Source of the DNA: Pirellula sp.
GTDB taxonomy: Bacteria > Planctomycetota > Planctomycetia > Pirellulales > Pirellulaceae
Assembly (NCBI GenBank): GCA_031424235.1
Contig: JANPHB010000209.1
Coordinates: 33,608 to 97,607, forward strand
Direction of reading: 5' to 3'
Length of the DNA stretch: 64,000 bases
Shown: piece by piece, positions 20,524 through 30,563 of the stretch
How the letters are laid out: every line of letters starts with the position of its first letter
Position numbering within the stretch: position 1 is the first letter of the stretch
The notes under the pieces: model-generated
The model's database searches: none
What the model saw: the letters and a program-made list of their open reading frames with translations, nothing else
What the model was told of the DNA's origin: nothing
Translations under genes and position numbers: made by a program

Positions 20524-21339
20524 TTAGTACGGTTTATTTGTGACGTTATAGCTGAAGCAAACAAGGCCTTTTTGGCTTGCAACTGCGGATTCGAGTAGCT
20601 TCTCGAAGCGAGCTCGTTCTTTGACCATCGCCTTGTCTTTTATCGCGTCGACCTTGACCGCCGATAGCTTTTCAAACTCGGCGAGCGCCTCTTGGTAGCT
20701 CAGGAAACTAATCATTGGGATTTTCCGTTTTCGATCGGCTAGGCGAATCGGATCTCGAGCAGTATTCAGCTTGGATTTGATATTGAGATGACTGAGAAAT
20801 CCTTTCTCAGAAGGCGTTAAGAAAACTTTCTTGCCTAGCTCTTTGCAGATCTGTTCAAGAGCATAGCCATATTGCTTTGGGGCTCCATCAATAATCTTGC
20901 CTCTCAAAATCTCATACGCGGCGGCCTCGACGGTGAACTCCTCGTCATCCCACGTATTCCAAACGGCCCATTCATATCGACAACTCATGCCTCGACTCTT
21001 CTTGGTTTTCTTTAACAGATCACAAATGGCATCGTCGCAATCGTCCGTGTTGCGCCAAAGACCTGTTCGTTTGCCAGGCCGAACAAACCAGACCAGTTCC
21101 TTCAATTTAGACTCGGGCAATTGCTGAAACGCTTGGAACTTCTCCCAAGTCATCTTGGTCTTGCCATTTACAATGAAGGTATCATCCAGTTCGATGACGA
21201 CACGTACAACCAGACCGGCCTTGATTTTGTTAGCTCGATCTTTGGCAAAGAACTTTTCAAGCAACTTTGGTGGACACGCTTTGGTAACAGACTTCAACTC
21301 GCTGATGTCCACTTCGTAGATAGTGGTTCTTAAACTCAT
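20524..21339 (-). CDS. Lys-rich hypothetical protein (YfbM/DUF1877-like ends)
   Basis: 271 aa ORF in visibly AT-richer DNA; 'TIYEVDISEL', 'QYGYALEQICKELG' and C-terminal 'GLVCFSY' resemble that group. Confidence 0.7.
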   Translation of the reverse strand: MSLRTTIYEVDISELKSVTKACPPKLLEKFFAKDRANKIKAGLVVRVVIELDDTFIVNGKTKMTWEKFQAFQQLPESKLKELVWFVRPGKRTGLWRNTDDCDDAICDLLKKTKKSRGMSCRYEWAVWNTWDDEEFTVEAAAYEILRGKIIDGAPKQYGYALEQICKELGKKVFLTPSEKGFLSHLNIKSKLNTARDPIRLADRKRKIPMISFLSYQEALAEFEKLSAVKVDAIKDKAMVKERARFEKLLESAVASQKGLVCFSYNVTNKPY

Positions 21340-21393
21340 TTCATTATCCTAAATTCTAGTGGCAAGTTTGTGAGCACCGCTCCAAACATCCTT

Positions 21394-21455
21394 CGGGAGA
21401 GCGAGGCTCCTGCCGAGCTGCGGCACCATGGTTCGGCAGGAGCCTCACCCTCCCG
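21394..21455. repeat. REP-like palindrome family A (GGGAGGGCGAGGCTCCTGCCGAGC), copy 1
   Basis: ~24-bp stem; further copies at 28355, 41069 and 44469. Confidence 0.85.
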
Positions 21456-21515
21456 AGTAATGAATGAATGTTTGCAGGTGTGGCTTGAGGCCCTCGTCAC
21501 AGTCACTCATCTTCT

Positions 21516-24074
21516 TCAAAACCAAAGCGATACGTCCAAACGTCGAAACAGGACATCCAACAAGAACAAACACAGCGCTGTGATCAACAGGTAGGGCCAG
21601 AGCGGGATCACGTTTTGTGCCACTCGATCGCTGTTGGCGTACAAGTCGCTCGCCGTCGGACAATACTTGCCTCCCGAGACCTCCGCAACCTTCTTCATCA
21701 AGTTTTCGTCTGCAGGCCCTAGCCGCAGTTCGTCTGGGTAACCCACCACGATACTTCGCGTTTGCCGAAACGTCGGAACATTGCTTACGCTCTGAGATAG
21801 CTCCAAATGATATGCACCGGTCACGTCCGTCGGTATTTCGGCTTGGTACCGTCCTGGAGCGATTTGTTCCAATTCCAAATTGGTTCGCTCCAACCGCGGA
21901 GCAATCACAGTCATCTTAGTCGTTGCCTGATTTACGAATTTGCCAGCCGGATCGACCGAGTCCACGATGACACTAGATCGATTTCCGTTTCGTTGCACTT
22001 CGACAAATACTCCTTTGGATTCGATCTTCCGCATGCAGTGTCGAATCACTTGTGCCCAGAAAGGACCGAAGTTTGGCCATGTCAACCATTCTGCTGCCCA
22101 TTGGCTCTTTGCGTCCGACGTAAATGCCGCTGTCATGCCCAGACCATATCTCCACCATACTAATACCGGATCTCCGGCTTCGCTCGCCAAAATGAACTCG
22201 CTCGTGGGTTTCGGCTTCGTGATGACGTAACCTAACAAGAAAGGCGCTGTCTCTAAATCGATGCCGGCCAGAACCTGAGTTGGCCGAACCATGATCGGAA
22301 CAAACGGCAATTCGTTGATAGCGGACTTCGACGCCTCGACCGTTTCCTTCGCGAAGATCTGAGGGATGCTGTTGGCTTCTTCGCAAAGGTAAAAACGACC
22401 GCTTCCCGTTTCCGCCAACTTTTGAAGAAGCTCTTGATCCGCCCCAGTTCCAACAGCCACACTGCTCAGTGTGATTCTGGCCGCGACCATGTCACCCGCA
22501 ATGCCGTCGAAGTCGCCCGGTTCACTATGTCCATCAGTCAGAAGAATAACGTGCTTGAGCTTGGCACTCGCTCCCACCAACGCCTCATAAGCGTCCGACA
22601 ATCCAGGGTAGATGCTTGTCCCACCGCTAGCCTCAATCGTACTGATCCGATCGATGATGTATCCTTTGTCAGCCGCCGAGTGCAGCTCGCTCACCCAGTA
22701 GCTTTGGCCGTCGAATGCGATAACACCGAGTTGGTCCTTGGGTCCAAGCAATTCGGCTGCTCCCTTGGCCGCGTCCTTGGCCATTTCCATCTTTTCGCCT
22801 CCCATCGAGCCTGACTTGTCGATGACCAAAACCATAGCCAAACTCGGTTTTTCCTTTTCCTTGTCAAAATTGCTGCGAACAGGCAAGATCTCCTCAAGTG
22901 TTGTTTTGTAGTAGCCACCCAAACCGAAAGACTGGTCGCCACCGATCATGACCAAGCCACCGCCCAAATCCTCAACGTATGTCCGAAGGATCTCCATTTG
23001 CTGAAGCGACATCGTCGTTGCAGGGATATTCGATAGCACGACGCAATCAAATTTCTGCAACTCGCTCAATGTGCGTGGAAGTCCTTCGGCCGGTCGCACT
23101 TGAACGATTAAGTCTTGCTCCTCAAGTGCCCACCTCAGTTGACTGGTCTCTTGGACATTGGTGTCCACGATGAGCACACTCGGTTTGCCAGCAGCGAACA
23201 CCACCGCCGACGCCGCGTTGTTGTCGAGCAACGTATCCTTGAAACCGCGAACTCGAACTACGTAATCGGTCTGGCTCTCTTGCTCGATAGACTGCCGAAA
23301 TCGGAATCGGTTCTCACCTTCTTTGATTTTGATCGGCTTTTCGGAGTTGCTTACCAAAATGTCCCCTCGAAAGACATCGATGAAGCCTTCGTCTTCATGA
23401 TTGGACGAAATAATTGTTTCTACATAAAACGGCTCACCCTGACGAACTTCCGCTGGCGCGTTGGCTTCGGCGACTTGCACCTCCGGTTCCGACCGAACCG
23501 AGAGAGGAATCACGTTGACAGGGATTTTGCTGGCCGCGGCCGCTTGAATGGCATCCCCATGGGTCTGTCGTCCATCTGTCAACAAGACAATCTGCGGCAC
23601 AAAACCCGGCGGAGCAGCAGCCGCAGCGGTTTGAATTGCAGCAGCAAGATCGGTTCCACGCTGATCTTTTTCCTCGGGGGCAACAAGTTGTTCATAGCCT
23701 GACACGATCACCGATGGGTTTATGGCCACCTGCATATAAGCGATTTGACTGTCGCCGCGATTCTTCTCCATTTCGCTCACGAATTCATCGATCTTACCCT
23801 GCGATTTGCTATCGATGCTCAACCATCGGTCGATCGCGATTGCAAAGAACTGCCGGGTGGTCGGCGACAAGAGCGAAAGCCCTGCAATCGCCAGAATCAA
23901 GAGAACCATGATGAGGGTCCGAAACAACAGCGAGAACCGTCGCTGCCATTTTGGGAAATCGCTCAAGGAGCGGTAGTAGTACCAAGCGATTGGCAGTAGT
24001 AGAACCAAAAGCCAAAGCATCCAGGGTTGTGTGATCTCAAGAGACCATTGATTTGAAAGATCGGACGTGTTCAT
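21516..24074 (-). CDS. Double vWA / Ig-like / GATase-like membrane protein of the MoxR operon
   Basis: BatA-like N-terminal TMs; first vWA 'IDRWLS'; second vWA with intact MIDAS 'IDKSGSMGG'; 'WRYGLG..AAFTSD'; C-terminal TM. TAATG overlap with the upstream gene. Confidence 0.88.
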   Translation of the reverse strand: MNTSDLSNQWSLEITQPWMLWLLVLLLPIAWYYYRSLSDFPKWQRRFSLLFRTLIMVLLILAIAGLSLLSPTTRQFFAIAIDRWLSIDSKSQGKIDEFVSEMEKNRGDSQIAYMQVAINPSVIVSGYEQLVAPEEKDQRGTDLAAAIQTAAAAAPPGFVPQIVLLTDGRQTHGDAIQAAAASKIPVNVIPLSVRSEPEVQVAEANAPAEVRQGEPFYVETIISSNHEDEGFIDVFRGDILVSNSEKPIKIKEGENRFRFRQSIEQESQTDYVVRVRGFKDTLLDNNAASAVVFAAGKPSVLIVDTNVQETSQLRWALEEQDLIVQVRPAEGLPRTLSELQKFDCVVLSNIPATTMSLQQMEILRTYVEDLGGGLVMIGGDQSFGLGGYYKTTLEEILPVRSNFDKEKEKPSLAMVLVIDKSGSMGGEKMEMAKDAAKGAAELLGPKDQLGVIAFDGQSYWVSELHSAADKGYIIDRISTIEASGGTSIYPGLSDAYEALVGASAKLKHVILLTDGHSEPGDFDGIAGDMVAARITLSSVAVGTGADQELLQKLAETGSGRFYLCEEANSIPQIFAKETVEASKSAINELPFVPIMVRPTQVLAGIDLETAPFLLGYVITKPKPTSEFILASEAGDPVLVWWRYGLGMTAAFTSDAKSQWAAEWLTWPNFGPFWAQVIRHCMRKIESKGVFVEVQRNGNRSSVIVDSVDPAGKFVNQATTKMTVIAPRLERTNLELEQIAPGRYQAEIPTDVTGAYHLELSQSVSNVPTFRQTRSIVVGYPDELRLGPADENLMKKVAEVSGGKYCPTASDLYANSDRVAQNVIPLWPYLLITALCLFLLDVLFRRLDVSLWF

Positions 24075-26095
24075 TAACCGACCACCCTTCGTTGGTAGAG
24101 CCACCATTCGGTTGTGACAAGCAACAGACCGAGCATGGCCAAGTAAAACCAGATCGCTCGCCCTCCTAAAGACACAACCGAAAGAGAGTCAGCCGTAAGG
24201 AGCTCGCCTCGCGGCTTCAGATCGCTCTCGCTTCGGTTGGTCAAGTTGGATGCAAATGCCCATCGGTAGTCGACCTTTGCATTAGTCTCCACCTGTTTCG
24301 TTCCTTCTTTTGTTTCGGTTTTTGTGTCTCCTGCAGGGGCGACGGTCCAAAGACCGCATTCCAAGATCGGGCCGATGAGCGCTTGGTCTCCTTCTGCGAT
24401 CATGGCCAAGGTTTTGCCTGACGGACTGCTAACATGCAAGTCTCGTCGCAATTGCGTTGGGGCCGCCGATTCGACTGCCACTGCCGAATCGTTTGCCGAT
24501 TCCACTGAACTCTCTTCTTTGCCTTGAGTTGGCAGTGGTGCATCGGCTGATGTATCAGTCCCTTTGACTTCCGCTCGGTCATCTTCAGGAATGGCGAAGG
24601 CCGCCAATGTTCCTGTTGGCACAACGGGCCTAAGCTGCCCCTCGTTTCCTTGAAGCCACTCGATCGCATTTTTGATCAAAACCGGGAAGGCAATTCTTAA
24701 GGGCAAATCGCTTTGCTCCAAGTTGCAAGTGAGTATCCATAGATCGCCACCTGGCCGCTTCATTCGCGCCAGCATGGGCGAGTCCAATGGATCTCGGATC
24801 AAAGACTCGACAGGCCGTGTAAACGTAAGTTGCTTCGCACCGGGAAAAAGAACATTGTCCAACCGAATATGCTGCGTAAGCGGTGAGTCCTTTTCCACGC
24901 GTGCTACAAGCGGTTGTTCGAGCGACTCCCCGACGGTCATCAAATCAGCGCTGTTTTGAGGGTCGACGATGAGCAAACGACCGCGAGGCAGCTTCTCGGG
25001 AATGATACGATCCAAGACCAGCAGCCCGCTCTTGGGAGCAGCATCGGGAGCCGTTTCCGTGATTGTCAACTCGACCAACGGCATCGATTCCAAAACGCTC
25101 TTGAGAAAAAGACTTCCCTTCGTGACCAAGGTTATTGGCAATGGAGCACGTTGAGGCAGGATCGAGATCGCAGAATTGTCTGTCGACAATGCGTCCTTGG
25201 AATCCAGTTTCGCAACCAATCGTCCGCCGGTAGCTGAAGTATGGTCCAAAATCCGCGTTTGGCTTTCGCCTGCCTTGAGAGTGATCGGCACGACATCGAC
25301 CAAATTGTCTTCCAGACTAAGCTCCAGTTTGGTTTTGACTTCTTCCAAGCCACTGTTCGTAACCTCGATCAGTACCTGATAGCCTACCGAGTCCATCACG
25401 CTCCGCCGCACTTGATACCGAGTGATGGCGGTATTCTCTTGAGGTTTGCCAACTCCATAAATCTTAACCAGAGGGTTGTTTTTGATGGTTTCGAAATCCT
25501 CGATGCAGCCGTCTGTCAAAACGATGATTTCCGAACGCTCCACCCGATCTTTGAGAAGACGCTCGGCGGTTGCGATGGCCGGTAACAACGCTGAGGGAGC
25601 GTCGGTTTCCGGAAGCTCCGTAATCCCAACGATCAGCAATCGAGCATGATTGGTCAAGCCGACATGCACCACCGATTGACCGCCCGAGGAGACGAGCGAC
25701 ATCTCATCGCCAGGACGAAGCGACCGAGCTAGCCCCTTGGCAATTTCTTTTGCCGACTGCAAACGTGTGATGCCGCCGGCTTCCGTGGCTTTCATGCTGG
25801 CGGAGTTATCCACAATGAGCACGATGCGGCGTTGCGAGTTCTTTTGCCAACTCCAAAGTGGATCGATGAGTGCTCCGACAAGCAACAAAACGAAGGCTAA
25901 TTGCAATAGCAACGAGAGCCAATGCCGGAGCTGTTGCCACCAAGCTCTCGGCTTCTTTTCGTCGAAGAGTTGATTCCAAAAGAGGAGCGTTGAGACCGGT
26001 CGGCGCCGCAATCGGACCTTGATAATGTAGATCAAGAAGATTGGGACAGTGAGCGCGGCCCACCAAGCGAGCATAGGACTGGCAAACTCTAACAT
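24074..26095 (-). CDS. BatA-domain / vWA membrane protein
   Basis: 'PIFLIYIIK....PVSTLLFW' BatA motif, MIDAS 'VDNSASM', 'SESDL' and C-terminal TM 'EWWLYQRR'. Confidence 0.9.
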   Translation of the reverse strand: MLEFASPMLAWWAALTVPIFLIYIIKVRLRRRPVSTLLFWNQLFDEKKPRAWWQQLRHWLSLLLQLAFVLLLVGALIDPLWSWQKNSQRRIVLIVDNSASMKATEAGGITRLQSAKEIAKGLARSLRPGDEMSLVSSGGQSVVHVGLTNHARLLIVGITELPETDAPSALLPAIATAERLLKDRVERSEIIVLTDGCIEDFETIKNNPLVKIYGVGKPQENTAITRYQVRRSVMDSVGYQVLIEVTNSGLEEVKTKLELSLEDNLVDVVPITLKAGESQTRILDHTSATGGRLVAKLDSKDALSTDNSAISILPQRAPLPITLVTKGSLFLKSVLESMPLVELTITETAPDAAPKSGLLVLDRIIPEKLPRGRLLIVDPQNSADLMTVGESLEQPLVARVEKDSPLTQHIRLDNVLFPGAKQLTFTRPVESLIRDPLDSPMLARMKRPGGDLWILTCNLEQSDLPLRIAFPVLIKNAIEWLQGNEGQLRPVVPTGTLAAFAIPEDDRAEVKGTDTSADAPLPTQGKEESSVESANDSAVAVESAAPTQLRRDLHVSSPSGKTLAMIAEGDQALIGPILECGLWTVAPAGDTKTETKEGTKQVETNAKVDYRWAFASNLTNRSESDLKPRGELLTADSLSVVSLGGRAIWFYLAMLGLLLVTTEWWLYQRRVVG

Positions 26096-26107
26096 GGGGC
26101 GTTTTCT

Positions 26108-26986
26108 TTAGCTTTGGATTCCGGATGCTCGCATCATGCGCATAATCAACTCATCAAACGGCAAGTCCGTGGTCGATCGTGTGCACGACAACGAGTACGT
26201 TTTGCAATAGGTTTCGATGGAGGTAAGGAACTCGTTAAAAAGCTGTTTGTATTGCTTTAACTTCCGTTCGGTAACGGTAATCTTTCGGCGTTGACCGGTT
26301 TCAATTTCATCCAGTTCGATATCACCCAGGAAGGTCGGGTTGGCTTCTTCGGCGGTATGAATCTGAATGACATGCGGCTCAAAGCGACGGTGCCTCAACA
26401 AGTCCACGCCGGCCCTAAATCCCGCTTGATCGAAAAGATCGCTTATAATCACCACGAGCCCCGTCCGCTGAGCGCGGTTCACCAGCGATTTGGCCACGGT
26501 TGCCAAGTCGGTCGCCGTTCCGGCCGTTTTGGTATTCTCCAAAAACTTGAGAATACTCAGCACCCGGTCCTTGCCACGCGTCAACGGCAGCACATCCAGC
26601 GGCTTGTCGGCGTAAGCCATAATGCTTACGCGATCGAGGTCCGCCAGTGCGATGTAGGCTAACGCGGCCGCGATGCGTCGCGCGTAATCGAACTTGTTGG
26701 GCGTTCCGCAATCCATGCTCTTGGAAGCGTCGAGCAGGATGTACACATGCAAGTCCTCCTCTTCTTGGAAACGCTTGAGGAGCAGATCCCCAAATTTTGC
26801 GTAGACGTTCCAGTCCAGGTAGCGAAGATCGTCACCGGCTGCATACTCTCGGTGGTCGGCAAATTCGATGCCTCCTCCGAGTTGTTTGGTTCTGCGTTGA
26901 GCCAAAAGTCGGCCACGAAAAACGCGGCGCGACACCAGCGACAGATACTCTAGTTTTTTTAGAAAGTCAGAATCGAAGAGGCTCAT
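26108..26986 (-). CDS. DUF58 family protein
   Basis: 'GGGIEFADHREYAAGDDLRYLDWNVYA', 'LLDASKSM', 'ISDL'. Confidence 0.95.
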   Translation of the reverse strand: MSLFDSDFLKKLEYLSLVSRRVFRGRLLAQRRTKQLGGGIEFADHREYAAGDDLRYLDWNVYAKFGDLLLKRFQEEEDLHVYILLDASKSMDCGTPNKFDYARRIAAALAYIALADLDRVSIMAYADKPLDVLPLTRGKDRVLSILKFLENTKTAGTATDLATVAKSLVNRAQRTGLVVIISDLFDQAGFRAGVDLLRHRRFEPHVIQIHTAEEANPTFLGDIELDEIETGQRRKITVTERKLKQYKQLFNEFLTSIETYCKTYSLSCTRSTTDLPFDELIMRMMRASGIQS

Positions 26987-27990
26987 GCGGCTTTCATCTT
27001 CCCAATGTTGCTAAGGATATCGCGGATGACATCGTCGGTTTTGATGTCTTCGGCTTGTCCTTCAAAATTGAGAAGCACACGATGGCGAAGGCAATTGACT
27101 GCCATCGCATCGATGTCGTTGCGAGAAACGTGATAGCGGTAGTCGAGAATGGCATTGATCTTTGCGGAAAGGATCAGAGCTTGTGCACCGCGCGGGCTGC
27201 TGCCGAAGCGAACGAAACGCTTGGTCATTGAAGTCGCCAGTTCGTGGTCCGGATGCGTTGCCATCACGACATGAATTGCGTGCCGTCGTACCTCATCGCT
27301 GATTGGGATGCGGCGAGCCAAAGCGGACATTTCCAAGATGCGTTTTGGATCGAGCAAAGGTTGGGCTTCGGGCGTTTGGGATTCGGTGGTTCGATCTAAG
27401 ATCGTTTCAATTTCGGCTGCGGTTGGAAAGGGCACAATCAGTTTGAAAAGAAACCGGTCCAATTGAGCTTCGGGGAGCGGATAAGTTCCTTCCATTTCGA
27501 GCGGGTTTTGGGTGGCCAGGACAAAGAACATGCGATCCAGTTGGTGCGTGATGCCCGCCACGGTAACGCTGCGCTCTTGCATGGCTTCAAGCATGGCCGA
27601 TTGCGTTTTCGGTGTGGCACGATTGATTTCATCCGCGAGTACCACATTGGCGAAAATCGGCCCTCGTTCAAATCGGAAGCTTCGGCTGCCACCCTCTCCC
27701 TCGACCAAGATGGTTGTCCCGACCAAGTCCGCTGGCATCAAGTCTGGAGTGAATTGAATGCGAGTGAATTTCGCTTCGAGTGCACTGGCAAGCGTCCGAA
27801 CAAGCATCGTTTTGCCAAGTCCCGGTACCCCTTCAAGCAAAACGTGTCCACCAGCGACTAACGCAAGCAAGACGCCATCGACGATTGGCTGTTGTCCGAC
27901 AATGACTTTTCCGATTTCATTTCGAAGTTTCTCAAAATCGACTCGAAACTGATCCAACGCACTCTTTAACTCGGGCGCAATCTCTGGCAT
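26983..27990 (-). CDS. moxR: MoxR family AAA+ ATPase
   Basis: Walker A 'GVPGLGKT', 'RIQFTPDLMPAD', 'LADEINRATPKTQSAMLEAMQE', 'TQNPLEMEGTYPLPEAQLDRF'. Confidence 0.95.
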   Translation of the reverse strand: MPEIAPELKSALDQFRVDFEKLRNEIGKVIVGQQPIVDGVLLALVAGGHVLLEGVPGLGKTMLVRTLASALEAKFTRIQFTPDLMPADLVGTTILVEGEGGSRSFRFERGPIFANVVLADEINRATPKTQSAMLEAMQERSVTVAGITHQLDRMFFVLATQNPLEMEGTYPLPEAQLDRFLFKLIVPFPTAAEIETILDRTTESQTPEAQPLLDPKRILEMSALARRIPISDEVRRHAIHVVMATHPDHELATSMTKRFVRFGSSPRGAQALILSAKINAILDYRYHVSRNDIDAMAVNCLRHRVLLNFEGQAEDIKTDDVIRDILSNIGKMKAA

Positions 27991-28159
27991 TTCAAACTCC
28001 GGTAAACTGGGTGTTCGTGAGCGAGCAAATCATGATTTTCGTGAAATACACAGCAGCGAAGAGGGCGCTGAAGGTAACTTAGACAAAACGTCATTGACGA
28101 AGTTCTAAATGCTTTGGGTTCAAAAGTCAAATTTTTCCAGCGCCATTGCTTTGGGCCCC

Positions 28160-28244
28160 CACCAATCTTCCTGCCACCAATCTTCCTGTCACCAATCTTC
28201 CTGTCACCAATTTTATGACAGGAAAATGGATGACAGGAAAATGA
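28160..28244. repeat. 15-bp tandem repeats (CACCAATCTTCCTGT x3.6) followed by 2 related inverted copies (ATGACAGGAAAATGG)
   Basis: Units start at 28160, 28175, 28190 and 28205; inverted units at 28215 and 28230. Confidence 0.85.
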
Positions 28245-28354
28245 ACGCGATCTTGCCACGAAAAGACACAAAACTCACAAAGGATGCGCTGCAGGATAAA
28301 CAGGACCTGCTTTCAACATGTTCTGTTCGGCTTCACCCAAGCAATTTGTTCTTC

Positions 28355-28415
28355 GGGAGGGTGAGGCTCCTGCCGAACCGTGGCGCTGCAAGCTCGGCAG
28401 GAGCCTCGCTCTCCC
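28355..28415. repeat. REP-like palindrome family A, copy 2
   Basis: Near reverse complement of the 21394 copy. Confidence 0.85.
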
Positions 28416-28515
28416 TTGGTTTCTAAGGGAGTTGACAAAGCTAAGATGTTGAAAGCAGTGGGATATTTGGAAGCCGTGGGATAAGCAGTAGGCTTTGTCG
28501 GTGCTGTTCTGTTGA

Positions 28516-29706
28516 ATGAAAGAATATGTACAATACTGTCCAATTTCCATTGGTCCCTCAAAGAGCCTGGAGTCTTTTGTGCTAAGTCATTGCCGCCCTT
28601 TTTTCCTTTATGGATTTTGCCTGCTCGTCGTTGACGCAATGCCTAGTCTCCTCATTGCACAGGAAAACGTTCCATCCCTCGGCACTCGCTTGAGCGAAAA
28701 GCAATCTGCGGACTTAGCTCAATTGGCAATCGCCGGACTGCAGCGGGAGTTCCCGAACAAACCCGCGAATGTGATCACTGGCCCGCCCACCATCCTCGGT
28801 CCCAAGCAGATGCATCCTGCCTTTTATGGTTGTTACGATTGGCATAGCAGTGTCCACGGCCACTGGATGCTGGTGCGACTCCTAAAAAAATCGCCACAAC
28901 ATCCGCTTGCCGAAGTTTCGCGTTTGAAGCTCGCGGAGAACTTGACGGGGCCAAATATCGACGCCGAGGCGGCATACTTTGACGAGAAAGAAAACAAGTC
29001 CTTTGAACGCATGTACGGTTGGGCGTGGTTGTTGCGATTGGTGGATGAGTTGCATACCTGGGACGATCCACAAGGCAAACAATGGCGTTCGACCTTGATC
29101 CCGCTCGAACGCAAGATCGTTGAGCTGACCAAAAACTATCTGCCACGTTTAAAGCAACCGATTCGAACTGGCGTTCACCCCGACACCGCATTTGCACTTG
29201 GCCAGATTCTCGACTATGCAAGAACAGTCGGAGACAAAGAGCTTGAGGCACTCGTCGCCTCGCGAGCCCGCGAATACTATGCGAACGATAGAAAGTACAA
29301 TTCGGACTACGAGCCTTCCGGCGAAGATTTCTTTTCGCAGAGTCTCAACGAAGCAGACTTGATGCGCCGAATCCTTGGCCCCGATGCATTCTCGAAGTGG
29401 CTCAGCGAGTTTCTTCCTGACGTCGGCACAGCCAGTGATTCCAAACTAATGCAGCCCGTCGCAGTGAGCGATGTCACCGATCCGAAACTGGTACATCTAG
29501 CTGGCCTCGACCTCTCGCGGGCTTGGTGCATGCAAGGTATCGTTCAAGGACTGCCAAAAGGAGACGTTAGAATAGCATCGCTAACGAACGCGGCCAAAGA
29601 GCATGCGAAAGTAGGGTTGAGCTATGTCTTCAGCGGGCAATACGAAGGAGAGCATTGGCTCGGCACGTTTGCTGTCTATTCATTGACGAACGTTTCAGGC
29701 CAGTAG
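28516..29706 (+). CDS. DUF2891 family protein (start uncertain, may be later)
   Basis: 'HPAFYGCYDWHSSVHGHW', 'FERMYGWAWLL', 'HLAGLDLSRAW', 'YEGEHWLGTFA'. Confidence 0.92.
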   Translation: MKEYVQYCPISIGPSKSLESFVLSHCRPFFLYGFCLLVVDAMPSLLIAQENVPSLGTRLSEKQSADLAQLAIAGLQREFPNKPANVITGPPTILGPKQMHPAFYGCYDWHSSVHGHWMLVRLLKKSPQHPLAEVSRLKLAENLTGPNIDAEAAYFDEKENKSFERMYGWAWLLRLVDELHTWDDPQGKQWRSTLIPLERKIVELTKNYLPRLKQPIRTGVHPDTAFALGQILDYARTVGDKELEALVASRAREYYANDRKYNSDYEPSGEDFFSQSLNEADLMRRILGPDAFSKWLSEFLPDVGTASDSKLMQPVAVSDVTDPKLVHLAGLDLSRAWCMQGIVQGLPKGDVRIASLTNAAKEHAKVGLSYVFSGQYEGEHWLGTFAVYSLTNVSGQ

Positions 29707-30440
29707 CACGAAGCGCAAGCTAGTGAAACGATCAGGCGAACAAGTGAAACCATCGGGAAACTCACTAGCTTACCTAGTCATGCCGAAGAAGCGTTGGGAC
29801 CTACAATCGATAAAAATTCCATAGTCGTGAAAGAACTCTCTTTTCACGTTGTTTTCTTGGTTGGGGACAGTTCAGAGCAAGGTAACTTTCGGCAAGAGGA
29901 GGCAGTCTCACTTTTTTGAGGAAGTGTTTTTAGCCGTGAAACGGCGACAGTTCGTAGCTGCGGGGCTCGCCCCGCAGACACCTTTAGTAATCGAATGCAG
30001 GAGCCGTGAAATGGCGCCACCACACAGTGGCGCCGTTTCACGGCTCTCGTATTCAACGTGCCTAGAAACCCTGGGGCAAGCCCCACGGCTACGAAGTGCC
30101 GCCGCTATCGCGGCTAAGAAACAAAGCGGTCGTCGCTTACCAGAAAATCGCAACAGTCGTGTCAGCCAGTTGTTGGGAATATCCGATGGCATGGGTTGGG
30201 ATGATTTGGAAGTGCGCGAGCTCAATACTGGCTCAGCTTACTTTGGACGGTAAAAAACGGCACTTCTCGGCGATCGCCACCATTTTTCCTATGCCTATGC
30301 GTGGAATCCCGCAGGCTTGTCCTGCGGATCGTTAGGTTTTTAGCTACGCACTGAACGCTCCGTCATTCGCTCGTGCCCCCGGATTTGCCGAAGGCAAAAC
30401 CGGGGACACGAGCGACAGTCGCGAAGAGAGGGTTTAGTAG
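29704..30440. repeat. Cluster of palindromic repeats between convergent genes
   Basis: TAGCACGAAGCGCAAGCTAGTG at 29704; GTAG doublet 29954-30092 enclosing a gagccgtgaaatggcgcca hairpin; gctcgtgccccgg...ccggggacacgagc at ~30369-30416. Confidence 0.7.
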
Positions 30441-30563
30441 CTGAAAACCGAAACTTCCACAGGGTAAACCTGTGGGATTCTTTGGGCAAAACGACAGAAC
30501 CGGTGGTGTTCAGCGTGAAGTGTCTAAAAACTGCGTTTTATCTAACAGGCCGATGCGAACGAC

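Noticed and set aside
20250-20530. Integron attC site after the 20524 gene (and among the 54.2-55.4 kb ORFs)
   Set aside because: No properly paired RYYYAAC/GTTRRRY boxes at cassette spacing, and no integron integrase.
21370-21594. Short ORFs containing 'GSAGASPSR' (also in 28275-28550 and the N-terminus of 39906-41153)
   Set aside because: The peptide is the translation of the family A palindrome, not a conserved protein motif.
28160-28244. Possible CRISPR array (also considered for families A and B)
   Set aside because: Units are 15 bp with no spacers, the other families are dispersed rather than regularly spaced, and no cas genes are present.
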